This document shows positions 1-8,566 of a DNA stretch of 64,000 nt, piece after piece. The notes under the pieces were generated by a model. It saw only the letters and a list, made by a program, of their open reading frames with translations. It was not told the DNA's origin and did not search any database. Source of the DNA: an uncultured Planctomycetales bacterium (GTDB lineage Bacteria; Omnitrophota; Gorgyraeia; Gygaellales; Profunditerraquicolaceae); assembly GCA_964487475.1 (NCBI GenBank), contig CAZAPM010000011.1, positions 3,167-67,166 of the forward strand. The letters run 5' to 3'. Every line of letters begins with the position of its first letter. The first letter of the stretch is position 1. A program made the translations under genes and the position numbers.

Positions 1-1601
1 GTAGGGCCGGGAACCGGGAGCTGCGCAACGCCTGGCAGAAGCGGCAGGCGCTTGACGACGAATCGGCGCTGGTCAATTCCCATGCGAAAGTCTCGGTCAA
101 TGTGCTGCGCAGCGGCCACAAGGATGCCCATAACCTGCGCACCTTCGAAGTGCCGGCGTGCGGGGGATTCCTGCTGGCGGAACGCACCCAGGAAGCCGTG
201 TCATTCTTTGCGGAGGATAAAGAGGCGGTTTATTTTTCTTCGCCCGAGGAGCTTCGGGAGAAGGCGGAGTATTATCTTGCGCACGACGAGCAGCGCCGGG
301 CGATCGCGGAGGCCGGTTACCGCCGGTGCAAAGCATCCCCGTATTCCTATCTGGACCGCGCACAGAGCGTCCTGGAGATGTTCCAGCGCTATGCGCCCAG
401 CCGCAAGAAATACCGCCTGGCGATCGTGGCGAGCCACGTGATCCCTTACGCCGTGCCTTTATACCGGAAACTCGCCGCGCATCCGGATATCGAGCTGACG
501 AATTATTTCTGTTCGGACCAGGGGATCATCCGCCGCAGTACCGATCCGGGGTTCGGGTGCAAAGTGGTGTGGGATACCGTCTCCATCGAGGCCCTGCGTT
601 TCCGCCTGCTGCGCAACTACTGGCCGCTGCATGACGTGTTCCTCGCGGTAAGCTATATCAATCCCGGGATATTCAAGGAGCTGCGGCGCGAGCGTTTTGA
701 CGCCGTACTGATCGTCGGATACGGCTTCATCAGCTATCTTTTAGCCTTCTTTGCCGCGCTGCGTTCGCACACCCCGTTCATCATCTCCGGGGAATCCCCC
801 ACCCCCTGGAGGCCGATGCTGAAAAAGATCTTCACTTCGGTGATCAAACGGGTGCTGCTGCCTTTTCTTTTGCGCCGGGCCGGAGCGCTCTTTTACATCG
901 GTTCCAAAGCGAAGGAGTTCTACCTGCAGTACTTTCCGGACGCCGAGGCGCAGAAGAAGATGTTCTTCACCCCCTACTCCGTGGACAACGAGCATTATTT
1001 CGCCAAGAGCAAAGAATATGCCGGCCGCAAGCGGGAATTGCGCCTCGAGCTGGGGCTGCCTCCGGATTATCCCGTGATCCTGTTCCTCTCCAAGCTGATC
1101 TACTGGAAGCGCCCGCTGTTGCTGCTGGATGCGTTCCGCAAGATGAAAGTGCCGGCGACGCTGGCGTATGTGGGCAGCGGCCAGCGGGAGATGCTGATCA
1201 AGGAGTATGTCGCCAAATACCATGTCCCGAGAGTGCATCTTTTCGGCTTCCAGAATTACAGCCAGACCCCGAAGTTCTATGCCGCGGCGGACGTGCTGGT
1301 GCTCCCTTCGCTCGGAGAAAGCTGGGGTCTGGTGGTCAACGAAGCGATGTGCAGCGGCCTTCCGGTCATCATCACGGACCAGGTCATGTCCGGGTTCGAC
1401 TTGGTCCGGGACGGGGTCAACGGGTTCGTGATCAAGAAGGAGGACCGCAAGGCCTTGATCGAGAAGCTGGATTATATGGCATCCCATCCGGAGGAAAGGG
1501 AGAGGATGGGAATGGAATCGCGCCGGGTCATGGAGCACTGGAATTACGACCGTTGCGTGGAAGGATACCTGCAGGCGCTGCGGCATATCACCGGAAGGTA
1601 G
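1..1601 (+). CDS. Two-domain glycosyltransferase, 5'-truncated by the window edge: CgeB-like GT C-terminal region fused in frame to a GT4 (GT-B) glycosyltransferase.
   Basis: The frame is open from position 3 with no stop up to 1601. The N-terminal part (EVPACGGFLLAERTQEAV...YFSSPEELREKAEYYL) resembles the CgeB/DUF3880 GT C-terminus. The part downstream of ~420 carries the GT4 EX7E region GESWGLVVNEAMCSGLPVIITD. No stop codon separates the two parts. Confidence 0.6.
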   Translation, partial: RAGNRELRNAWQKRQALDDESALVNSHAKVSVNVLRSGHKDAHNLRTFEVPACGGFLLAERTQEAVSFFAEDKEAVYFSSPEELREKAEYYLAHDEQRRAIAEAGYRRCKASPYSYLDRAQSVLEMFQRYAPSRKKYRLAIVASHVIPYAVPLYRKLAAHPDIELTNYFCSDQGIIRRSTDPGFGCKVVWDTVSIEALRFRLLRNYWPLHDVFLAVSYINPGIFKELRRERFDAVLIVGYGFISYLLAFFAALRSHTPFIISGESPTPWRPMLKKIFTSVIKRVLLPFLLRRAGALFYIGSKAKEFYLQYFPDAEAQKKMFFTPYSVDNEHYFAKSKEYAGRKRELRLELGLPPDYPVILFLSKLIYWKRPLLLLDAFRKMKVPATLAYVGSGQREMLIKEYVAKYHVPRVHLFGFQNYSQTPKFYAAADVLVLPSLGESWGLVVNEAMCSGLPVIITDQVMSGFDLVRDGVNGFVIKKEDRKALIEKLDYMASHPEERERMGMESRRVMEHWNYDRCVEGYLQALRHITGR

Positions 1602-1604
1602 GGT

Positions 1605-2348
1605 ATGGGCTTTCCGAAAGCGGCAATCGAAGCGGTCAAGGGCATGCGGATACCGGGGTATCAGGTCCCGGTGCTGGTGTATCATTCCTTTTCCAAAGAT
1701 ACCGTCGGAGGGTTGCCTTTCGGGCAGTTTTCCCGGGAGCTGGCGCTTTTGGGAGGTTGGGGCTGCCGCGTGGTCCCTTTGGCGGAGGCGATCGGTCTTT
1801 CGGCCGGGGGTGAGGCCGCGCGGGAGTGGTGCGCGGCGTTGACCTTCGATGACGGGTACGCCGATTTTTTCACGCAGGCGCTACCCTTGCTGCGGGCGAA
1901 GGGGTTGCCGGTGACGGTGTTCGTGACCACTGATTTCATCGGCACCCCGGGGTACATGACCTGGCAGCAGCTGCGCGAAGCATCCCGCGATCCGCTGGTG
2001 ACCGTCGGAAGCCATACGGTTTCGCATACGGACCTGACCAAGGCATCGGCAGAGGCGCTGCGCCGGGAGCTGGCGGATTCCCGCAGTATTCTGGAGCAGG
2101 CGCTTTCCAGGCCCGTGGACCTGCTGGCGTATCCCTGGGGGCAGTTTTCGGAGGCAGTGGCAGAGGCTGCCCGGGGATACGGGTACCGGGCGGCATGCAC
2201 TACGAACTCCCGGCTGGCCGCAGGCCGGAAGGTGCCGGCGCATTTTGCGGTCAAGCGCATGACCGCGGTCGCGGGGGACGGCAGGGGCAAGTTCCTGGCC
2301 AAGGTCTCCGGCGTAGGCACGTGCACGGCAAAAACCATCCGGAGGTGA
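1605..2348 (+). CDS. Polysaccharide deacetylase (NodB-homology, CE4 family).
   Basis: Motifs TFDDGYADF and GSHTVSHTDL (NodB motifs 1 and 2); 247 aa. Confidence 0.75.
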   Translation: MGFPKAAIEAVKGMRIPGYQVPVLVYHSFSKDTVGGLPFGQFSRELALLGGWGCRVVPLAEAIGLSAGGEAAREWCAALTFDDGYADFFTQALPLLRAKGLPVTVFVTTDFIGTPGYMTWQQLREASRDPLVTVGSHTVSHTDLTKASAEALRRELADSRSILEQALSRPVDLLAYPWGQFSEAVAEAARGYGYRAACTTNSRLAAGRKVPAHFAVKRMTAVAGDGRGKFLAKVSGVGTCTAKTIRR

Positions 2349-2350
2349 AT

Positions 2351-3067
2351 ATGGACGATACCGCATTGATGCAGCTGGCGGAAAGTGTGGAAGGACTGGT
2401 GTATCCGGATGACTGCCTGCGGCTATACCGGGAACTCAAGGAAAGCCGGGTGCAGGGGGATGCGCTGGAGGTGGGTAATTTCAAGGGCAGGATCACCGTC
2501 TGCCTGGCAGAGGCATTGCGGGAGCGCGGTGCGGGCAGGCTTTACACGGTCGATTCCGATCTTTTCGGCGCCCGGGAACAGCTGCTGCGTAATATCGAGC
2601 GCAACGGCGTCAAGGAGCAGGTGGTCGCAGTGCGGGCATACTCCGCCCGGTTCAACCGCGGGTGGAAAGGGCCTCTGGCGTTCATCTGGCTGGATACCGA
2701 TGCGAGCTATTTTTCATTAGCCAGCGATTTTCTCCTGTGGGAGCCTTTTCTGCAGGTGGGAGGGGTGTTCGCTTTCGGAGGGGCGGGAGTGGAGCAAGCC
2801 TCCCGTTTCGTGCGGGAGTATCTTGAGGCCAGCGGAAGGTTCTCTCCGGTGGAGCAGGGCCGCTGGGTGATGTACGCGCGCAAGCGTGCCGCGGGAGTTC
2901 CGCTGTCCGGCTGGAGGAAGGCGCAGCTGCGTGTGGCCTGCGCGGGGTATTATCATGCGAAAGCCCTTCATCACAAGCTGTTATCCGGCAGGGCTCCCGG
3001 AGTGCTGGCAAGGGAGCATGCCTTGAAGCGGTTCTGGCGCAGCCTGCTGCATCGCGTGCTGCGTTAA
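2351..3067 (+). CDS. Class I SAM-dependent methyltransferase (Methyltransf_24/macrocin-O-MTase-like).
   Basis: ATG at 2351 preceded by GGAGGTG. LEVGNFKGRITVCLAEAL...RLYTVDSD matches a Rossmann-fold SAM-binding motif I/II. The ORF-track start at 2195 overlaps the upstream gene and is unlikely. Confidence 0.6.
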   Translation: MDDTALMQLAESVEGLVYPDDCLRLYRELKESRVQGDALEVGNFKGRITVCLAEALRERGAGRLYTVDSDLFGAREQLLRNIERNGVKEQVVAVRAYSARFNRGWKGPLAFIWLDTDASYFSLASDFLLWEPFLQVGGVFAFGGAGVEQASRFVREYLEASGRFSPVEQGRWVMYARKRAAGVPLSGWRKAQLRVACAGYYHAKALHHKLLSGRAPGVLAREHALKRFWRSLLHRVLR

Positions 3068-3094
3068 CGGTATAGATTTCTTTGGCGTATCTAG

Positions 3095-3100
3095 TATAAT
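3095..3100 (+). promoter_or_regulatory. Possible internal -10 element (TATAAT) upstream of wzm.
   Basis: A perfect TATAAT at 3095-3100 lies in the 36-nt gap after the methyltransferase stop. The -35 is weak (TAGATT-like). Downstream are GAGGTG and ATG 3125. Confidence 0.25.
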
Positions 3101-3103
3101 GGT

Positions 3104-3985
3104 ATGAACCGAGGTGTGAAGCCGATGTCGAACCAGCACGAGATGCCGCGATCCGCGCATAGTTCCTCCGCGCCCCTGTGCCTGATCCGTCCGGGCCGGG
3201 GGTGGGTTTCCCTGCAGCTGCCTGAGCTCTGGCAGTTCCGGGAACTTCTGTCGTTCTTCATCGTCCGGGAAGTGAAGGTGCGCTATAAGCAGACCATGCT
3301 GGGAGTGGCCTGGGCGGTGATCCAGCCTTTCATGATGATGGTGATCTTCTCCCTGTTCTTCGGGCGTTTCATCGACCTCCCTTCCCAGGGGATCCCCTAT
3401 CCGCTCTTCAGTTACGCGGCCCTGCTTCCCTGGACCCTGTTCGTGGAAGGGGTCTCGCGCTCCTCCAACAGCGTCGTGGTCGACGGCAACCTGATCCGGA
3501 AAGTGTATTTTCCCCGTTTGATCATGCCCCTTTCCGGAGCGGTCACCCCGCTGGTGGATTTTTTCTTTTCTTTCCTGGTGTTCCTGGGGATGATGCTGTA
3601 TTTCGGCGTGGTCCCGACATGGCGGCTGATCTTCCTGCCGTTCTTCCTGCTGATGGCCGTGGCGTCTTCCCTCTCCGTAGGCCTCTGGTGCGCCGCGGTC
3701 AACGTGCTGTACCGGGACGTCAGGTACGTGATACCTTTTCTGCTGCAGGTATGGTTCTTCGCCTCGCCGGTGGTCTACGCGAGCGCCAACCTTCCGCAGT
3801 CCTGGCAGTTCTTCTATAACTTGAACCCAATGGTGGCGGTGATCGAGGGGTTCCGCTGGATGCTGCTGGGGGCGCAGCCTCCCGGCATGATGATACTGCT
3901 TTCCGGGAGTATCATGCTGGTGCTTTTAGTGGGCGGGTTGTTCTATTTCCGTCGGATGGAACGTATTTTTGCGGACGTGGTGTGA
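3104..3985 (+). CDS. wzm: ABC-2 type polysaccharide export permease (Wzm/TagG/KpsM family).
   Basis: Six predicted TM segments and an ABC-2 permease signature (LFFGRFIDL...VYFPRLIMPL). Immediately followed by the Wzt ATPase. The alternative start ATG 3125 (MSNQHEM), preceded by GAGGTG, is more likely than 3104. Confidence 0.8.
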   Translation: MNRGVKPMSNQHEMPRSAHSSSAPLCLIRPGRGWVSLQLPELWQFRELLSFFIVREVKVRYKQTMLGVAWAVIQPFMMMVIFSLFFGRFIDLPSQGIPYPLFSYAALLPWTLFVEGVSRSSNSVVVDGNLIRKVYFPRLIMPLSGAVTPLVDFFFSFLVFLGMMLYFGVVPTWRLIFLPFFLLMAVASSLSVGLWCAAVNVLYRDVRYVIPFLLQVWFFASPVVYASANLPQSWQFFYNLNPMVAVIEGFRWMLLGAQPPGMMILLSGSIMLVLLVGGLFYFRRMERIFADVV

Positions 3986-3986
3986 T

Positions 3987-5222
3987 ATGTCGATACCGGC
4001 TATCGCGGTCAAGAACCTGGGCAAGCAGTACCGGATCGGAGTGCGGCAGCAGTATTATACGCTGCGGGACGCCTTGCACTCCTCCGCGCTCTCCTGGTAC
4101 CGGAAGCTCCGGTATCCCCGCGTAAGCGCCGGCGCGCGCGCGGGGTATATCTGGGCCCTGCGCAATATCACCTTCGAGATCCCTCAGGGGAAGGTGGTGG
4201 GGATCATCGGTCGCAACGGGTCGGGAAAAAGCACCCTGCTGCGGCTCCTTTCCCGTATCACCTATCCCAGCGAGGGGATGGCGGCCGTGCACGGGAGCGT
4301 GGCGACCCTCCTGGAGGTCGGGACGGGATTCCATCCCGAGCTTACCGGCCGGGATAATATTTTCTTGAGCGGCGCGCTGCTGGGGATGTCCAAACGCCAG
4401 ATCCGCAACAGGTTTGACGAGATCGTCTCCTTTTCGGGAGTGGAGAAATTCATCGATACGCCGTTGAAGTTCTACTCCAGCGGGATGTTCATGCGCCTGG
4501 CGTTCGCGGTGGCGGCGCACCTGGAGGCGGATATCATGTTCGTGGACGAGGTGCTTTCCGTCGGGGATCTGGAGTTCCAGAAGAAATGCCTGGGTAAGAT
4601 GAACGATGTGGCCCGCGGAGGCCGGACCGTCCTTTTCGTGACCCACCAGATGAACCAGATCCGCCGTCTTTGCGAACAGACCATGTGGCTGGAAGCGGGG
4701 GGATTGCGCTCCTTCGGCCCGACCTCCGAGGTGGTAGGTATGTACGAATCATCCTTGATGAACGTGTCCCTTTCCCAGGAAAGGGAGGAGGCGCAGGAGG
4801 GGGTCGCGGCGAGGTTCCTGAAATGGGAATTGCACCAGCAGGGAGAGGAGCCCGGGCATTCGGTGACCTCGAACGGGCCGGTGCAGGCGGTGTTCTATGC
4901 CAAGGTGCACCGTCCGCTGCCGCACGGTGATTTCGGCTTTTCCCTGCTCAATACCGACGGGCAGATCGTCTGGGGCGCGGGTGTCGCGGTGAGCCTCGAG
5001 CCCGGATTGCACCGTATCGTCCTCTCCGTCCCCATGCTTCCCCTGAAGCCGGGAACGTATTATTGGGCAGTGGTGTTGTTCAGCGAAAAAGAGATCATCG
5101 ACCAGTGGCAGTGTTATCCTCAGATCACGGTTTCCACCGTGCCCCTGGCTTCGATCTACGACCAGTATGCCGGCATCCTTAACCTGCCCTTTGAAGTGCG
5201 CGTGGACGCGATTTCCGAATAA
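3987..5222 (+). CDS. wzt: Polysaccharide ABC exporter ATP-binding protein (Wzt/TagH) with a C-terminal ~170 aa carbohydrate-binding-type extension.
   Basis: Walker A GRNGSGKST, ABC signature YSSGMFMRLAF, Walker B MFVDE. Residues beyond ~250 form an extra beta-rich domain, as in Wzt proteins that recognise a terminal cap. ATG 3987 lies 1 nt after the wzm stop. Confidence 0.85.
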   Translation: MSIPAIAVKNLGKQYRIGVRQQYYTLRDALHSSALSWYRKLRYPRVSAGARAGYIWALRNITFEIPQGKVVGIIGRNGSGKSTLLRLLSRITYPSEGMAAVHGSVATLLEVGTGFHPELTGRDNIFLSGALLGMSKRQIRNRFDEIVSFSGVEKFIDTPLKFYSSGMFMRLAFAVAAHLEADIMFVDEVLSVGDLEFQKKCLGKMNDVARGGRTVLFVTHQMNQIRRLCEQTMWLEAGGLRSFGPTSEVVGMYESSLMNVSLSQEREEAQEGVAARFLKWELHQQGEEPGHSVTSNGPVQAVFYAKVHRPLPHGDFGFSLLNTDGQIVWGAGVAVSLEPGLHRIVLSVPMLPLKPGTYYWAVVLFSEKEIIDQWQCYPQITVSTVPLASIYDQYAGILNLPFEVRVDAISE

Positions 5223-5233
5223 CCACTAAACCT

Positions 5234-6187
5234 ATGGCCGTGACTATCAGCGTGTTGATCACCTATTGCGGAGAGAAGGAGCTGCTGCGGGATTCCCTGC
5301 GTTCTTTGGCCAGGCAGGACCCGGCGGTGCACGAGGTGCTGGTGTACGACGACGCCTCCCTCTCTCCGGCGGAAGGATATCTGGTGCCGGAGCTGCCGGT
5401 CAAGGTGCTGCGGGGGGAGAAGCGGATCGGTCCGTCCGCGGCCCGCAACATCCTTTTGCGCGCCAGCACCGGGGAAGCCGTGCATTTCCATGACGCGGAC
5501 GATCTTTTCTGCGCGGAGTGGAGCCGCATGGTGCAGGATGCGTTTGCCCGGGGCGCGGAAGTGGTGTTCTCCGAGTCCTACGCAGAGCGTGACGGCGTGC
5601 TGTATTCGAAAGCCCTGATCGAGTTCTCCGACGCGCCGAAGAATATCTCTTCCGACCTGCTCAAGGTATGCCTGCGCTATATCATGATCACCAGCTGCGG
5701 GGTCTATTCCCGCCGTCTGGCGGTGGAGGCGGGCGGGTTCCGGGAGTCTTTGGAGTACGCCGAGGATTATGATTTCAACGTGCGGATCGCGGCCATGAAG
5801 CCGTCTTTTCTCCTCATCCCCGAGCCGCTGGTGGTAAAAAGGGTGCGGACGGACAGTTACGGGAGCGACCGCCCGCGCAACCATGAGTGGATGGTGCAGG
5901 TGCTGGAGATGCTCTCCCGGGAGCTGCCGCTGGAATACCGGGGAGAGATCGCGTATGTGGCCAACCGGATCGGAGCGGACATGCTGGGGGCGGGGGATGA
6001 GTCCCTTGCCCGCCGGGCATTTGCTTTGGGCCGGACGCTGGGGCCGGCCAGCGAGCCTTACGGCGATTCGTGGTTCAAGCGGCTGCTGGTGCGCTGCCTC
6101 GGGCAGGAGACTGCGGAACATATCTCATTGTGGTACCGCCGGATCGTTCCCCCCGGGATCCGGGGTAAGGTCAGGCAGACGGGTTAG
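5234..6187 (+). CDS. Glycosyltransferase family 2 (GT-A).
   Basis: N-terminal ISVLITYCGEKELL...LVYDDAS with a DAD-like motif (HFHDADDLF). Confidence 0.75.
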   Translation: MAVTISVLITYCGEKELLRDSLRSLARQDPAVHEVLVYDDASLSPAEGYLVPELPVKVLRGEKRIGPSAARNILLRASTGEAVHFHDADDLFCAEWSRMVQDAFARGAEVVFSESYAERDGVLYSKALIEFSDAPKNISSDLLKVCLRYIMITSCGVYSRRLAVEAGGFRESLEYAEDYDFNVRIAAMKPSFLLIPEPLVVKRVRTDSYGSDRPRNHEWMVQVLEMLSRELPLEYRGEIAYVANRIGADMLGAGDESLARRAFALGRTLGPASEPYGDSWFKRLLVRCLGQETAEHISLWYRRIVPPGIRGKVRQTG

Positions 6188-6190
6188 GCT

Positions 6191-7216
6191 ATGTCCAGTC
6201 CCATTTCGGAGCCTCTGTTCTCGGTGGTCGTGTTATGCCATAACTACGGGCGTTACCTGACGCGGTGCCTGGAAAGCGTCTATGCCCAGTCCGGGGGGTT
6301 CCCCCTGGAGGTGATCCTCGTCGACGATGCCTCGACCGATAACACCCCCGAAGTGGCGCAGCAGTTCCTTTCTTTTCCGGGGTTCTCCTGTATCCGTCAT
6401 TCCCAGTGCGAGGGGCATCTGCGTTCGGCCAACGCAGGGTTCGCCCTCACCCGGGGCCGGTACATCCTGAGGCTTGATGCCGACGATTATCTCGGCGAAG
6501 GGATGCTGGAGCGGGCGCACGGGATCCTTTCCGCCAATCCCGAGGTCGGTTTGGTCTACGGTAATTTCACCTGTATCGATGCGCAGGGCAACGTGACGTT
6601 ACGGAATGCCGATACGGTGCACCGCGGGAGCGATTTCAAGGGAAATGAGCTGCACCGTCTGGTGTTCAGGAATTTCATCTGTCCCCCCACGGTAGTGGTG
6701 AGGAGGCAGGCATGGGAAGCGGTGGGGATGAGGTATGACGAATCCCTGCCTTTCAGCGAGGACTGGTGGGTGTGGCTGCGCATCTGCCTCAAGTTCCCGG
6801 TCTATTACTGCAACGAGCAGTTCGCGTATTTCCGGGTGCATCCGTCCAGCCTGCGTTCCGTGCTCCTCGCGCAGCATCAGGCCGAGCTTTGTCACCGCCG
6901 TATCCTGGATATGTTTTTTGCCCTGCCGGAAGTGCCCGTTGCGGTGCGCGGCCTGCGCCGGAGGGTCTATGCCTATCAGTACCGCTGGCTGGCGGATGTG
7001 TATTACGGCCGGGGGCAGTACTCCGATTCCCTCCGGTGCCAGAGGATATGCCTGGGATGGGACTGGAGGTATGTATTCAAGTGGTACTGGTGGCGGCGGT
7101 GCTTCCTGGCGGTATTCCCGGTGCGCAGCCGTTTTTTCAGGCGGCTTACGGCCTGGCTCCCCGACTCTATGAGGAAAAGTATATCGAGCAATGAGGATCC
7201 TGCATATAAGCTGTAA
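6191..7216 (+). CDS. Glycosyltransferase family 2 with a C-terminal extension.
   Basis: FSVVVLCHNYGRYLTRCLESV...LVDDASTDNT...LRLDADDYL is the classic GT2 DXD architecture. Confidence 0.8.
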   Translation: MSSPISEPLFSVVVLCHNYGRYLTRCLESVYAQSGGFPLEVILVDDASTDNTPEVAQQFLSFPGFSCIRHSQCEGHLRSANAGFALTRGRYILRLDADDYLGEGMLERAHGILSANPEVGLVYGNFTCIDAQGNVTLRNADTVHRGSDFKGNELHRLVFRNFICPPTVVVRRQAWEAVGMRYDESLPFSEDWWVWLRICLKFPVYYCNEQFAYFRVHPSSLRSVLLAQHQAELCHRRILDMFFALPEVPVAVRGLRRRVYAYQYRWLADVYYGRGQYSDSLRCQRICLGWDWRYVFKWYWWRRCFLAVFPVRSRFFRRLTAWLPDSMRKSISSNEDPAYKL

Positions 7217-8558
7217 TTTCTTGCCCGGTGCCGTGGGAGGCACCGAGGTGTATGTTCATTCCCTCTGCCGCGCCTTGAGGCATCGGGGGCATGAGGCGCT
7301 GGTCTTTTTCACGGATGAGTTCCGGGACTGTCGTGCGGAGGCGCTGCGGACGCGGGAATACGCATACGAGGGTATCCCGGTATTCGTCCTGGAGCGTAAT
7401 GCCGCGTTTTTGCGCACGCAGGATATCTACACGGGCAAAGATACCCGGGTGTACGAGGCGTTCCGGGAATACCTGCTGCGTATCCGTCCGCAGGTAATGC
7501 ACGTGCATCATTTCATCCCGGCGCAGACCCCGGGGCTGATCGATGCCGCGCATGCCGCAGGCATCCCCGTGATCTTCACCTATCATACCCCAATGGTCAG
7601 TTGCGGCAGGGAGGACATGCGCGCGTTCGGACGGGTCCCCTGCCGGGGCCAGGTGCGGGAGCGCCGTTGTCTGGCGTGCCTGCAGACGAAGTACGGCATA
7701 CCCCGCGCGCTGGCGTGGGTGTGGTCATGGCTGCCGTATCCGGCTGCGAAATGCCTTGCGCGCGCCGCAGGGGCGGGAGGATCGAGCGGCCCGCTGTTCA
7801 CCTGGCTGCAGCTTCCCTGGCTTTTCCGCATGCGCTGCGCGCATGTCCGGGAAGTGTTCCAGCGCGCGGATCATTTTGTGGCGGTGTGTGAATGGGTCAG
7901 GGAGGCGTTGCGCTGCAACGGAGTCCCCGATGAACGGATCACGCTTTCCCGGCAGGGGATCGAGGCGCCCGCGCTGCCGCCGCGTAAGACTAAGGAGAAG
8001 GGGAGCGTCCTGCGTGTCGGCTACATCGGCCGTATCGACGAAGTGAAAGGTATACACGTCCTGCTGGAGGCGGTGCGCAGGGTGAAGAAGGAGGTACCCC
8101 TGACAGTGCACATTTACGGAACGGTGCAGGGGCCGAAGCAGCGGCAGTATGAGCGGAAGCTGCGCGCGCGTTACGGCCGCGATCCGAGGGTATTCTGGCA
8201 GGGGGAATTGCCCGCGTCCCGCAGATTCGAGACGATGTCCTCTTTTGACGTATTGGCGGTCCCTTCGGTCTGGCTGGAAACCGGCCCCTTGGTAGTGATG
8301 GAGGCCTGGGCCTGCAGAGTTCCCGTCGTGGGATCGCGGCAGGGGGGCATCGCCGAATTGGTGCAGGAGGGTAAGGGAGGGCTGCTGGTTGCGCCGGGGG
8401 ATGCGCGCAGCCTGGCGGATGCCCTTTGCCGCCTGGCAGAAGATGAGGGATTGCGTATGTCGCTGACGGATTCCATTCCTGCGGTGCGCACGGTAGATGC
8501 CGTGGCAGCGGAGATGGAGGGGCTGTATCGCAGGGTAGCGCACCAGGCGCACCCATAG
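7191..8558 (+). CDS. Glycosyltransferase family 4 (GT-B).
   Basis: MRILHISCNFLPGAVGGTEVYV N-terminus and the C-terminal motif GPLVVMEAWACRVPVVGSRQGGIAELV. Confidence 0.8.
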   Translation: MRILHISCNFLPGAVGGTEVYVHSLCRALRHRGHEALVFFTDEFRDCRAEALRTREYAYEGIPVFVLERNAAFLRTQDIYTGKDTRVYEAFREYLLRIRPQVMHVHHFIPAQTPGLIDAAHAAGIPVIFTYHTPMVSCGREDMRAFGRVPCRGQVRERRCLACLQTKYGIPRALAWVWSWLPYPAAKCLARAAGAGGSSGPLFTWLQLPWLFRMRCAHVREVFQRADHFVAVCEWVREALRCNGVPDERITLSRQGIEAPALPPRKTKEKGSVLRVGYIGRIDEVKGIHVLLEAVRRVKKEVPLTVHIYGTVQGPKQRQYERKLRARYGRDPRVFWQGELPASRRFETMSSFDVLAVPSVWLETGPLVVMEAWACRVPVVGSRQGGIAELVQEGKGGLLVAPGDARSLADALCRLAEDEGLRMSLTDSIPAVRTVDAVAAEMEGLYRRVAHQAHP

Positions 8559-8566
8559 GAGGAAGT

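Noticed and set aside
741-1685. 314-aa ORF on the - strand antisense to the GT4 domain. Similar long antisense ORFs occur at 5156-6121, 10002-10736, 11300-12517, 15585-16319, 16985-17713, 18760-19650, 22909-23721, 24619-25431, 29097-30239, 34068-35441, 39109-39804, 58756-60018, 60232-61590 and 63055-63963.
   Set aside because: Their Arg/Pro/Gly/His-rich, low-complexity translations are typical of shadow ORFs opposite genuine high-GC genes. Each overlaps a sense-strand gene with clear family motifs. None has a recognisable domain or a start/RBS context.
2195-3067. Longer version of the methyltransferase ORF starting at 2195.
   Set aside because: That start overlaps the 3' end of the deacetylase gene by 150 nt. 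ATG 2351 has a GGAGGTG Shine-Dalgarno sequence and directly follows the upstream stop.
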